NCBI RefSeq assembly: GCF_002113885.1 | Contig: NW_018407597.1 | Coordinates: 379,711 to 443,710, forward strand | Source of the DNA: Mizuhopecten yessoensis | Lineage: Eukaryota | Direction: 5' to 3' | Length of the DNA: 64,000 nt | Shown: positions 1 through 12,004 of the stretch, one piece after another | Numbering within the stretch: position 1 is the first letter of the stretch | Layout: the number at the start of each line of letters is the position of its first letter | Translations under genes and position numbers: made by a program | The notes under the pieces: model-generated | The model's input: only the letters and a program-made list of their open reading frames with translations | The model's database searches: none | What the model was told of the DNA's origin: nothing

Positions 1-279
1 AGTCAACAGCTATCACGGAAGTTATCCACGGCCTTCATCAACCTTCGTCATTAGTCAACAGCTATCACGGAAGTTATCCACGGCCTTCATCAACCTTCAT
101 CATCAGTCAACAGCTATCACGGAAGTTATCCACGGCCTTCATCAACCTTCGTCATTAGCCAACAGCTATCACGGAAGTTATCCACGGCCTTCATCAACCT
201 TCGTCATTAGTCAACAGCTATCACGGAGGTTATCCACGGCCTTCATCAACCTTCGTCATCAGTCAACAGCTATCACGGA
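1..279. repeat. 52-bp minisatellite, about 5.4 copies, cut off by the window start
   Basis: Unit AGTCAACAGCTATCACGGAAGTTATCCACGGCCTTCATCAACCTTCGTCATT repeated head-to-tail with only a few substitutions. Confidence 0.95.
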
Positions 280-1049
280 GGACATTACTGTCTATTCGGA
301 CCAAAGTCTTGAACGCCGAACCGGTTGGGAACTCTAAAATTTAAGTGAATTCGACCTGAATTTACCTGAAACTAGTATTGTTTTTAGGGTTAAGTTCAGG
401 TCAATGTTTTAGGTTTTCTCTTAAAATTAAGAACCTTTTTCGTTTTTTACCATGTCACATTGATCAGCAAATTTGACTTACCTGGTATTGGTTTGATCCT
501 TGACTAGCGAATCAGCCGTGAAATGTTAACTGTATAAGGGCTGAAATATAGCTGCTTTAAATTCAACTGTCGCTGAGTAAATTGTCCATACTATTGATCA
601 TTAGTCACGATATGAAGATAAAAATGAGGTTCATGCAGTGTCTGTTATGTCAAATTCTGGTAGATATTAAACACATTTAGTTCTCGAAAGCCGTATTAGA
701 TCGGCAATTATATTATTATATTTTAGGGTGAAATCAAAGAGTCCTGGAAACATCATATTTCCTTTTTGAACATTGAATGAATTCAGCTTCATTAGAATTT
801 AAAAAATGCAGACCAGATATAAATCTTACAATAAGTAGTGAGTACTAATTGTTGTTAATCTACATTGATGAAGTCTGTTTCTTTATTTGAACAAAGTGTT
901 TTTACAGTCAAACACATTTTAATACAATAAGTTTAATCGAAGTAATTATGACCGAGCGTAAGCTGCTCTATGAGAACGATGTTTACCGTAGCACTGCGTC
1001 TAATATGTATCAAATAATTAAAGAATATATGATCGACTTGTGAATCTTA

Positions 1050-1265
1050 AGAAACTTCGAGGTAAGCGATATTTTTATGTAGGATTTACGTTGTTGGGAC
1101 CGATATTTCACTTCGAGATATCCGAGTTATTCGAGTTTTCAGAGTTCGAACTATCAGAGTTTTTATTACTAAGATTAAGAACAGTTTAGGCCGGGACCGA
1201 TGAAACACTTCGAGTTAAACGGGGTCTTCGAGTTAAACGAGTTCGAGATAACGAGGTTCGACTGT
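1050..1265. mobile_element. Probable right end of a Tc1/mariner-type MITE
   Basis: Several TTCGAG-containing subrepeats ending in ...GTTCGAGATAACGAGGTTCGACTG-TA, a CAGTCGAA-type terminus with flanking TA. No clearly matching left end. Confidence 0.4.
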
Positions 1266-1277
1266 AATTATAAAGAG

Positions 1278-1352
1278 TATTAGTCCTTATACAGATTATT
1301 AGTCCTTATTAAGATTATTAGTCCTTATTAAAATTATTAGTCCTTATTAATT
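1278..1352. repeat. Short tandem repeat (about 19-20 bp, 4 copies)
   Basis: ATTAGTCCTTAT core repeated four times. Confidence 0.8.
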
Positions 1353-2430
1353 AAGATAGTCGGTTATATTTTTTCTACAATGTTATTAAACAAAACTTTT
1401 CTTGATCAACCAACGAAAAATTAATAATTTCATCATTATGTTTTTTCGTGCTTAAAGTATGAAGCTTACCAATTTACGTTTCCATTTTGTTGACAAGATA
1501 TTGGTGTATGCGTTTAAAAGTTTAGATAAAACGGACTGCACATTATGAAATTCCATTGCTCCTATAAACTTCTAGTAAGTGGTTTCTCATTCTAGGTTAA
1601 TTGTGTGCTTTCAGCGTAAGAAGTTTTTTTCTTTTTTTTTGTGTGTGTTAAATCTCAAACCACTTTCATATTTACAGATCAATTCATAGCAAATAATATT
1701 CATAACGATCCCGTATCCAAAGCAACGAAGTGTTCTTACAATACAATTTACCCCAATGCACCCTTGTAGGTACAGTATGTATGCTATTTATACTGACGCC
1801 ACCGAGGGCACGTATCCGAAAGTGCGTAAATCGTCATATTATATCTGACGATTTTCAGTTCTACTTAGGAAAACCGAAGTAATGGTAGAAATAGGACCCT
1901 TACTTCAACAATAGTAGCCATTTTGGTTTTATGCTTGTTAGAAAAAAAATGTCCAAAGGTGACAGGGTGTCATCAAGCCGATTCTTATTATTTATCGACT
2001 CGGTGACCCAAATCAACCCAAAAACAGTGTATACACTCTACTTCCAGGTTAAGCTAGTTGGCTGATTGACTATCAGACAAGTAAAGGTAAGAAAGAATGC
2101 ATTAATATCTTAAGAGATGTCAAAAGATTAGTGGAAACTGCGCTTCGTGACCAGGGTAGAGCTGAATTATGTGAATTCAAGTGTTGTGATCAAAACGTCT
2201 CAACTATCTCCCTCTTATCTACACTAATCACTACAGCCCTGAAGAACATTTATTCTAAACTACACCACTATTACATAATTTGTTTCACGATGCTTAGCAC
2301 CGCAAAATACCGATATAGACAGCGACCCTCTGAACAGTTCATTGAAAGGTCATGTGAAAACCTCATATGTCCTGGTCTACCTAGACTTTATTGGTAGTGA
2401 CACGATTTGTAGCGAGACAATAGCAGGAAT

Positions 2431-5400
2431 ATGGTAAGTATTCAATACTGGGTTCGGGAAAATATCAATCGTTTGTAGAGTCCAATTGTGATAAAATATG
2501 TTTTCAATTAAAAGGGCTTCAGTTTTAGTATATTTTTTATTGCGCAACGTTTTTCATCCTTTAACTGTCTGTTATAATGTACATGTGAAGTCATTGATTC
2601 AACGTTAATTCTTCAGGTTTGTTTCGGAAAAACGATTTTGTTTTTAATTTTAACAATCATTCCAAAGTTAAAAGATATTTACGATTCGATATTTTATGTG
2701 AATTGATACCTCTACTGTACACTCCTACATACTTACATACTCGGTAGTTTATTTAACTTCCTCACTTTTTGTTTTCTAGACAATCAGAATGCATGTGTTT
2801 ACTGGAATTATCTTCCTTCTCGGACTGAGCGCGTCATTTGCAGCAGTAACGAACACCAGGGTGGTCGTAAGTTAACCATATCATTTTTTCTTTACATCTT
2901 AGTAGAGTTTTGAAATGATTGAGTGAAGGGGTTTCGTGCACATGTCTCCCTGTTTCTACGTTGGTGAAGACATTTTAGATTTCCATCTCTTTGGTTGCCT
3001 AGCATCACTGACGAGCCCTAGGAGGACAGATGTATGATGCAGTGCGATTCATTTTTGGCAAATTGTATCTATAACAATATTTTAAATGTGTGTGTGTGTT
3101 AAGATCATCTAAAAACCTTTATTTTTGTGTTGATGAATTGTCATATTGTACTCACACGCATGAAAATAATGAGAAAATAGATTTATATATATTATAAAAG
3201 CAGAAAAATTATCCTTACGGACGAAGAAATGATGTAAAAAGAAAAATGCTCAACAACGAGCCTAAGTACTTTCATCTCTTCTAGGAGATAGATATATATA
3301 TCGAAGATAAATATATTGAGAAGAGATAAAGGTACAAAAGACCCCTTTGTTAAGAATTGTTCTTTAAGAATTTTTCTTTAAGTAAGATTATTTATGGAAT
3401 TCCTCTTGGTGTAGTAATTTTTAATTAATATTAACTTTTGTTTCACATCCAGGACACCTCCCACGCAGGCATACTGGCGGCAGTGGACACCATATTTCGA
3501 GCTAATGACCTCAACAACAACAGTAAAATGGAACTAGGCGAACTAGTGGCCAGTTATGCTCTGATCGATTACAACAGTATGTATAAATAAAAAAAAATGT
3601 ATCATATCACCAGTTCTTTAAGGATATCCGTTCCAATGTCTAATACTGTAACTAAGTGTTGGACATTGCTTAATCCGACATGACAATATATTTATCTTCG
3701 ATAATTAATTTCTGGAAAGAAACCCATACCTTAAATGGATTTAAGTCATAAAGATAAAATAAACAAAGTATAATCAACAGCAGTTCTGAGTGTAAAATTC
3801 CAGCGGGGTTCAGACTGGGGTTCGAACACTTGGTCACTCTTTATTTCCTTATGTTTACAACACATCGGAGAGTAGACATACATATGTACAAAATATCACA
3901 ATGTATAACACAAATTACAGTGGATGCAATAGTGTACAATGCATAACATAGATTATTAAAACACAATATACACATATGTGGGTATAACATACAGAACATG
4001 CAGTATTATATTTAGTTAAACAATATTATTTCGTCGTTTTGTACTTAGATGCAAAAATTTGCTTAGTTTATTTAGATCTTTAACGATTTTGGTATTGAAC
4101 AGTTCTATTAACTTGAAAACACTTGGTCGTTTGTAAAAATAAGGTTTAATATATTCATGCCTAAAATCATCATAAAATTTGCCTATAAATATCAAATGGA
4201 ATTCATCCTCAAGATCATTAACGTTACAGAATGTACAAAGTCGTTGTGTCTTGGTTGATTTCTGTACCTGCCTTGCTCAATATTTAAACTATGTGAGCTT
4301 AGTCTAAAACGTGTTAAGTACTTTTTGTATAAGTTATTGATAGGTTTTCTCAAATAGTATTATCTGTAGCTCTTAATTTTAACCAATATTTAATTATTCG
4401 AAGCTTTCTACTTTCTGCCAGTGGCATCCTTCCTAACTCATAATATACTAAACTATTACAGGTACTCTTTTTAACTCCGAGTAGCCGTTTACAAAAAAAA
4501 ATCATATGTATTTTCTAGACATTTAAAGCATTATGAAATCCCATTATCTCTGCACTGTAGCTCAAAATGCTATTTACATATGTATCAAAAACTGCACATT
4601 GTGTTTCAATATTAAAATTATGATTTTTTTATTTGCTACAAATTGCATAGTACGCCTTATTCGCTTGTTCTGGAACGTGTTTTTGTGTAACATTAAATTT
4701 ACCATTATAATTAAAAAGCATTCCTAAGTAATTAAACTGATTAACAACCACTTTTCGTTATTCCGTATTATGCCACCATTCCTGAAAACTACTACATTTT
4801 GTATTTTCGTCTTTTCTGTATTAATGTAAGCTTATATTTGTTATTTTATACTTTCAGAGCATCCATAACTTCCTGTAGTTTTTCTGGTGTTTCTGCAAAT
4901 AAAACCATATCGTCAGCGTACATCAACAGAAAAATATTAATCAAATTAAGTTCAATTGAAGGACATCCTTCCTTGATAAAATGTATTTCACAATCATTCA
5001 CGTACATGGAGTTCAAAATCGGCGACAATATTTCACCCTGAAAAAGACCAATCGTATTTGTGAAATAGTCAGAATAAACCCCATTATGCTTTATGCATGA
5101 TTTCACTGAGTTATATAAAGATTGTATGATTCGTAACATTTTCCCGCGTATACCCTGATTTATCAATTTACACCACAAATGAGATCTTTCAATTATATCG
5201 AAAGCCTTCTTATAATCTACAAAGCAACAATATAGTCTGCCACCCCTTTTGCTTAAATACTTATTAATTAATGTCTGAAGGACAAATATAGCATCAACAG
5301 TCGAGTATCCAGGCCTAAAACCAAATTGAGCATCCGTTATAATATTATTTTCGGTGTCCCAATACACTATTAGCCCATTCAATACTGATGTAATCAACTT

Positions 5401-7784
5401 TCTCATACAACTAACTAAAGTAATACCTCTATAATTATTCGTGTTTTCAATATCACCTTTTTATTTACTGGCGTGATACACCCAGTTGACGAAGATTCTG
5501 GGAAAAATCCTGCTTGAAAAACTGAGTTAAAATAATTAGTTATGTATGGTACTAGTATCTCTTTGCAATCAATGAATAATAGTTCGTTTAATGTTTTATC
5601 CTCACCAAAACTTTTATTTCTTTTCAATTATGTATTGCAGAAGTCACTTTATGTTCGGTAATTTCTTTATCCAATTCATCAAATATACAAGATTCATTAC
5701 TTTCAATATCTACGTCAGCATTTGAGTAATTTGTGTCACCTATTATATTTACTTGATTACTTAGATGTTTAAAATGGTTAAAAAAAATGGCAAGAGAAAT
5801 TTTGTGAGATACTTTAGATTTTCGTCTTGCAAAGTATTTATGGAAATGTTTCGGATTGTGTCTACGCAGATAACCCATCATATCACCTTCCTGTCTCCGA
5901 TATTTCCTCTTGAGTCTTGAGTGACATACACGATTTTGACTCACTATGCTTTTAACTGTAGTTTTTATATCCAGACGACGATAGGATCAGCAAGGGAGAA
6001 TACGTTGCTTCAGGCGGAAATAACCCCTTCTTCGGAGTCCTGTTCCAAGAACTTGACAACGATGGAGACGGATATCTCGACCGCTCGGCGATCCTTGGCG
6101 AATACACTGTTATGGATACAAATGGTAATTAGATAAAGGTCATACTAAATACTATGTGGCTCCACAGGCACATATTTATTTTTGAAATAACTTTATATTC
6201 TGTGGATATTTTAAACGGATAAAATGTTTTAGAGACATTACTCATTTCCACAAAGGAGTCGCAATGTCATAGGAAGGAAGTGATAATCTCATTCCTTTAT
6301 GTAATATTATACAATTTTGCCATAACTGTAGGAAAACACGATTCTTTATTTCTCCGATGTTAATCATGTTTCAAGAGGTCGAAACCCAAATCAAACATGT
6401 TGAATCGAAGAGAAAGGAAGCAAAAGTCCATGATTCCCTAAAGTAAGGGCAATACATGTTGTACTATGCCACAAAATAAAATAAAAAAGCGAACAGTAAC
6501 ACAATAGTAGATATGATCAGGTTGAGGCGCCATTATTGTCGTCTGCTTCCGTCAATCGGAACTAAGTTGTGTTGGCATTCGGAACAACTTGCCCCGATTA
6601 CAGAATGTTGTGGTGGCTTTTGTATATTTTTCTAGATAGGTTCCAAATAGGGGAAACATGAGAGGGGAAACTTGAGCGCTTGAGGGCGACATGATGTTTT
6701 ATTTACACGCCATGTGACCAGTATCATCCAATCAGACACGCTGTTATAAAGTTGAGGCATAATAATATTTAATAACAATATCGTTGTAATCTGTCTTATA
6801 AATATTTTATTTCCATGTATGTACGTAGCTGATAATGAAGTCAGTAGGCGGGAATACGATAACTATTTTGACAAGGTAAGTTAAATTGTAAACCTTTATG
6901 TGTCGGCTTCACGGTACAATCTCTCTGTATTAGACATAAACTTTATTTATTTTACAACAATTATGAATCAAGTTTTTACAACTTATATTATTCACTCTTA
7001 TTGGCCCGGATGCAATCGCGTGGGGTCTTAATGTAGGAGAAAACCGGAGTAACCGGAGAAAACCCGTGGACGTGGTCTGGCAGGTGACCCCTTACCTTTT
7101 CACGTCCGATCGGGGAATCGCACCCCGGCCGCCTTGGTGAAAGGCAAGTGCGCTATCCACTTAACCACCCGACTACCCAGTTAGATATCTGATTATGTTT
7201 TTAATCGCCATTACTTTAAACACCCAAACCACATAGTCAACCTTTTCTTTTATGGAACCCCATACCACTGTCAAAAACTGTAAATAATTATTGGAAACTG
7301 GTTTTATGTCGGCATACTTATAGATTTGATTAAAATCATTTTTGAAAAGAAAAGTGAATTCGGATTGCGACACTATCGTTCAATTGAGCTACCTGGTCAA
7401 AGGAAATATTCTAGCCAAATTAAACTGTGCTATAGTTGTATCCAAACAGAAGTTAAAGGAAGGTTACTGTTTATAGGGGGAAAAGCACGGTGCAGTTGGT
7501 CTTGGATCGTTAATATGACAGTTCAAAGGAAGGAATTGTTGCAAGTGGTAGATTGTATATATGACCAGCTTGTTTTGTGTGCTATTAATGTCAAAAAATT
7601 CTAAAGAGCGACATTATTTCAACGGTTTTTTTTTACCGCTTGGAATGATTGTGTGTGTAGACAATAAGAGAAAAGAACAATACTCGATAAGTTATCGTGC
7701 ATCTTTGGTTTTAAAACTTCAACATGTTTCTTTGAACAGATAGTTGAGTCAGCTTTGATGAATTACGGCCACCTCCTAGGGTAA
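2431..7784 (+). CDS. Secreted 4x EF-hand calcium-binding protein (147 aa from ATG 2789; 151 aa from ATG 2431), resembling molluscan shell-matrix EF-hand proteins
   Basis: Exons: [ATG 2431-2433], 2780(ATG 2789)-2866, 3453-3576, 5975-6124, 6829-6875, 7740-7784. All introns are GT-AG with consistent phases. Translation: (MTIR)MHVFTGIIFLLGLSASFAAVTNTRVVDTSHAGILAAVDTIFRANDLNNNSKMELGELVASYALIDYNNDDRISKGEYVASGGNNPFFGVLFQELDNDGDGYLDRSAILGEYTVMDTNADNEVSRREYDNYFDKIVESALMNYGHLLG*. Signal peptide plus loops DLNNNSKMELGE, DYNNDDRISKGE, DNDGDGYLDRSA and DTNADNEVSRRE. A further donor (GTAAGT, 7810) lies in the 3' UTR, with a possible acceptor at 9180. Confidence 0.88.
3836..5940 (-). mobile_element. 5'-truncated, frameshifted non-LTR retrotransposon (RTE-X-like), antisense within an intron of the EF-hand gene
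   Basis: RT motifs QFGFRPG, FVDYKKAFD, GLFQGEILSP and LMYADD (ORF 4846-5406). Upstream pieces at 5415-5944. C-terminal TRFRLSSHSLNIEQGRY...LCTFCNVNDLEDEFH near 4200-4315. 3' end near an AATAAAG at about 3840. Clade call is inferred from the C-terminal motif. Confidence 0.88.
6300..6766. mobile_element. Possible non-autonomous palindromic (Crypton-like) MITE, degenerate
   Basis: Imperfect internal inverted repeat around 6345-6420 and an end ...AAGTTGAGGCATAATAA. Confidence 0.3.
6935..7178 (-). mobile_element. tRNA-derived SINE with a V-domain-like core
   Basis: Reverse strand: A-box-like GGTGGTTAAGTGG, B-box-like GGTGCGATTCCCC, then GGGTTTTCTCCGGTTACTCCGGTTTTCTCCTAC and an AT-rich tail. Four related copies occur in the window. 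Confidence 0.8.
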
Positions 7785-10051
7785 ACAAAAAAAATACCGA
7801 CCACAAAAAGTAAGTAAACGCTTCTTTAATATATCCGTAGCCTTGTAAGATTAACCTAGGCCTAACGTTAGTGTCTGTTAACTGTTATCGTTTCATTTTA
7901 GCTTTTACATTTAAAAGCATTATACTAACAAATGAACATTATATAACTTTTTTTGTGATGGTTAAATATCAAAGATATGACAAAAGAGTATCTTAGTACT
8001 TCCCTAGTACTTTCACCTCTTCAGACGTTTATTAGGGGATATTCATCTGATACCTCCATTGTAATTAGTTCTACCTGTTGTTCAATTATCAGTGATGGAT
8101 ACGATCAATAACATTTATTTAATAATCTTTTTTAAAGGAGGGTCCCGTTGAATTGGCGTCCTATCCGTGGGTTGTTTATTAACATGTATCTGGTTAATAA
8201 ATACGAAAACATCAACGATTGAATGTCTGTCTTTTTTGTATAGTTTTATATTTCCTTTCTGGGCAATAGTTATGCTTTGCAATCATTTTCACCCTTGCTC
8301 GTGATTGTTTCTTTACCAAAATAGTATATGAACGTGAACATAGCATTCAGTCGTACAGAATAAGCTAGAGAGCAATATATTTTAAGGGTCCCTAAATCAC
8401 TGCCAAAAACTGTTACTAAGTGATGGAAACGATTTTTTCGGCATTTCTAAAGCTTTGTTAGATAATTTCTGGAAACCATACCTCGCGGGATATAGTCAAC
8501 AACAGTGTTATGAGTATAAACACCGAGAGTAAACCGGGATTCGAACCCTGGATTTCACATTGTTATACAAACGATTCGGTCTATTCAATTGAGTAAACTG
8601 ATCAACAGACGGAGACGTGTCAGAACATGCGACTCGTCTGTTTCCTCGGAGTCGTATCCACGAATCTCACCTGAGATTCTTCAGCATAGAATATATTGAC
8701 TTCTTCCTTATTTATCATACATATATCCCGTGTATTCCAATGTCCATGGATCGTTTCAGTTTATTCGGAAGAGTGTCAGACAAGAGGTCCCAGATTAGAT
8801 CCCTAGCGGAATCATTACATGTACATTGAAATAACGAAAAACCAAAACCAATGTGGCAGATACCTTCAAAAGAGCCCCCCCCCTAGATGTAGAGTGTTTG
8901 AAAAATATTTAAGTCAAATATATCGACACGGCTTGAAAGAATTTTCACATATAAAGCAGACGTCCTGGGTTCGACCCCTCGTGTGTGTAAACAATTTATC
9001 ATACTGATGTTTTAATTAGTCATAGATGGATGAAAAAACTAAGGAATGTGAAATAAATTTACAGAGCTTAATTTTATATTTGAAATTGAAATCATTATTA
9101 AAATATTACAAAACTGTTAGGTGACAGCTTTTTCTTCTTATAACCACACACATCAAAACATTGCCGTTTATTTTTTTCAGATATGTTTCTTGTTATCGTT
9201 AAACAATCCCTATACAAAGGGCTGAAGATGGCAAGTAAGAGTTATCTCTCTTCGTTCCTGTCAGGATAAGGTAGCAGTGTACAGTAGAAATGGCCTGATC
9301 CTAAAAATAAAGGGCATGTCAGAGATAAACATGGATAGTGGATTCATCCTGCACAGCACCCCTACATATACAGATATAAACTCCATCATAGAAGGTGATT
9401 TCTTTCAAGAAGTGTTTCCCCCAGATTTCGGAATTTTGAAAACAAGGCATGGTTACAACAACAAAATAATGCCAAAAAAAGCCATGATTTTAAACCAAAA
9501 TTTTGACCCCCGTTGGTCGATTTATTTTCTTAAACCTGTCTTATCAGTTTCATTTTTGTGCTTTGAAAAAAGGTCGGATTTTGTCGAAAAGTCCTGTTTT
9601 CTTCAGGGTCAGACGAAAAAAGTTCGAAAGACCTGACAAGCGTCTAAACGGTCGCTAGTAACTCATGAGTCAGGCAACCTTATTAATCAACGAGGTTCGA
9701 GATATGACGTTAGTCCGGATCGAAAATAGCAAGTGGGCAAGTTCCTAGAGACGACCTTTCTGCTTTGGTCATCAGTAGAGCAAGAGCTTAAGGAAGTTAC
9801 ATTTTTTTCTGGAAAACAAATAAAGAAATCGCCTCATGGATAGAAAGTGCAAATTAGATATTGCTGTATTGCTTTCGTGTAACAATTCTTAAAGCTTTAA
9901 AAAGATTTCTACGGTTGAATTGATCTACATTAGAATTCTAAATGCATTATATCTATCTTATGAGGTGTAAATATAGCGTTTTACTGATTCATTAATACCT
10001 TCTTAGACATTAGGTAGATTCATCGACAGGTGAAGGTGATTGTTTTAAGCA

Positions 10052-10996
10052 TGATAATAATAATAATATACAACATTTATATAGCGCCCTATATAATTTG
10101 TAAATTAACTCTAAAGCGCTTTACAACATATGGATAATAGTAATGGTTATAATTGTGAAAACAAAAAACAGAGGCTTACAATCACTTTTATACATTTAAG
10201 CAAGCAATGTGCACATAATTGAACAAATAAAAGGTAGGTATTTACATGACGTCTTTGCAAAGATTCTAAAATGCAGACGTGAAGAGGTGAGTTTTGATGT
10301 CCCTCTTGAACTTGGCCAGGGTATTTGACTTTCTAATAGCAGATGGTAAGCTATTCCACAACGTAGCCGAAACCCTCCCAAAGCATCTGTTTCCGTAGGT
10401 CACAGTTCGAGATTTTGGGACACACAACAGCGACCTGTATCGTTCAGGTAACCAGTGCAACGAATAAAGCACAGGTGTGATGTGCTCTCTCTTTCGAGTA
10501 CGAGTAACTAGCCGTGCTGCAGTGTTCTGGACCCTCTGCAGACGACTAGTTAGTTTGTCAGATATACCACAGAGCAGGGTGTTACCATAATCCAACCGAG
10601 AGGTAACACGTGAGTGCACCAAAATCTTGCCTGCATCTGCAGTTAAAAACTGCCGAATACAGCCGATGTTCCTGATCTGGTAGTAACAGGATTTGGCAAT
10701 AGCGTTCACTTGTTTCTCCATGTTCAGTGAACTATCAAAGTATACCCCTAGGTTTTTAACAGCTGGAACAGTCTCAATAGTTCTGGCACCGAACTTGAGC
10801 TGGAGAGCCGTTGTTTGCTGACACTTTAAGGAAAAGACGATTAGTTCCGTCTTTTCCTGATTAAGCTTAAGCATGTTTGCGTTCATCTAGATACTGATAT
10901 CTGTCAGACAAGCTTCCAGACTTTCTGAGACTGTATTCCAACTGTCCTGTGGTTTGATGACCATGTAAATGTGCGTGTCATCCGCATAGCAATGCT
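10052..10996 (-). mobile_element. 5'-truncated L2-like LINE (RT C-terminal half plus 3' tail)
   Basis: HCYADDTHIY at about 10965-10995. ORF 10266-10886 has LKLNQEKTELIVF, VKNLGVYFD, SRLDYGN, LQRVQNTAARLV and HITPVLYSLHWLP. Tail GCGCTATATAAATG...(TAT)n. Confidence 0.9.
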
Positions 10997-11065
10997 ATCC
11001 TTATTGAATAACAAATAAAAAAAAAAGCACCTACGTATACCATCTAGATTCTTTTTTCCGGTTTT

Positions 11066-11145
11066 AACGGAAACCATCTGATGGACGTGTCGACAGAGCT
11101 ACTGAAACGGAAACCATCTGATGGACGTGTCGACAGAGCTACTGA
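11066..11145. repeat. Exact 40-bp tandem duplication
   Basis: AACGGAAACCATCTGATGGACGTGTCGACAGAGCTACTGA occurs twice in tandem. Confidence 0.9.
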
Positions 11146-11797
11146 GGCTGGTAGATTTCGGTGTTAGTTTAACAAAAAATTCACTTTTGAAACCGATGGG
11201 TCGAAAGGCTCAAGGTAATAAATAACTTGAACTAACTTACTTGAATTGGTCGCAACATATGTATCCCTATCCCCCAGACAAGAAGCCGGTCAGTTCTGCA
11301 TATGGTAGATGGTATTTTTATTGATAAGAACAATTTTTGTTTTTTGTTAGCGTTACATATATAAAAAAAATATTGAGGAAATCGTGCATTTTTTTAATGA
11401 ACATTTTACACGACCATGATATAACATCGGAGGTATATTTTGTCTCTTAATATTTTGATATAAGTGGAGTGTTATAAAAGATTGTATGGTCGCATGCTGT
11501 TTTATGTGTGGTTACGGTAGGGAAGACTACCGATTGTTTTTGCGTTAGTTTCAAGATAATCTGTAGAGAAAAATCCACATTATTTGTTTTAAAGAGGAAT
11601 TTTACAATCATTATCTCCGTAACAGACCTATATATTTTTGTACATATATGACAATATGAATTGGCACCGAATTTACAATTAAAATATATATATTTGTAAT
11701 ATAAATCCCAATTTCTTTGTAATTCAATTCTGTTCAAAGTTACCTAGTGCTTTAACTTATCACTGTCTGTTTGGTTTCATGTAATGAGTTTACATTT

Positions 11798-11980
11798 AGG
11801 GTGGTCGGGTGGTACAGTGGATAGCGCACTTGCCCTTCCACCAAGGCGGCCGGTGGTCGATTCCCCGATCGGACGTGAGTAGGTATGGGGTCACCTGGTC
11901 GACTACCCGCCCCCTCGCTAACATCCGGAGTAATTAATATAAGTTAAAATAACTTGTTTCATAATTGTTGTAAAATAATT
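11798..11980 (+). mobile_element. tRNA-derived SINE (same family as 6935-7178) with the central core deleted
   Basis: Head GGGTGGTCGGGTGGTACAGTGGATAGCGCACTTGCC...CGATTCCCCGATCGGACGTGA and the tail match the 6935-7178 copy. Confidence 0.75.
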
Positions 11981-12004
11981 TTTATATTTCATATTTATAG
12001 TTTA

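Noticed and set aside
1-279. 52-bp repeats as a CRISPR array or coding repeat
   Set aside because: No unique spacers, eukaryotic context, unit length not a multiple of 3, and no long ORF.
5921-6136. 71-aa ORF from the track
   Set aside because: Wrong frame. The overlapping frame is the EF-hand exon 5975-6124.
6935-7178. tRNA genes here and at 11798 and 18684
   Set aside because: The A/B-box heads run into SINE bodies and tails, with no complete cloverleaf.
9277-9636. 119-aa ORF
   Set aside because: No ATG start, recognisable motif or splice support. Probably chance or decayed repeat.
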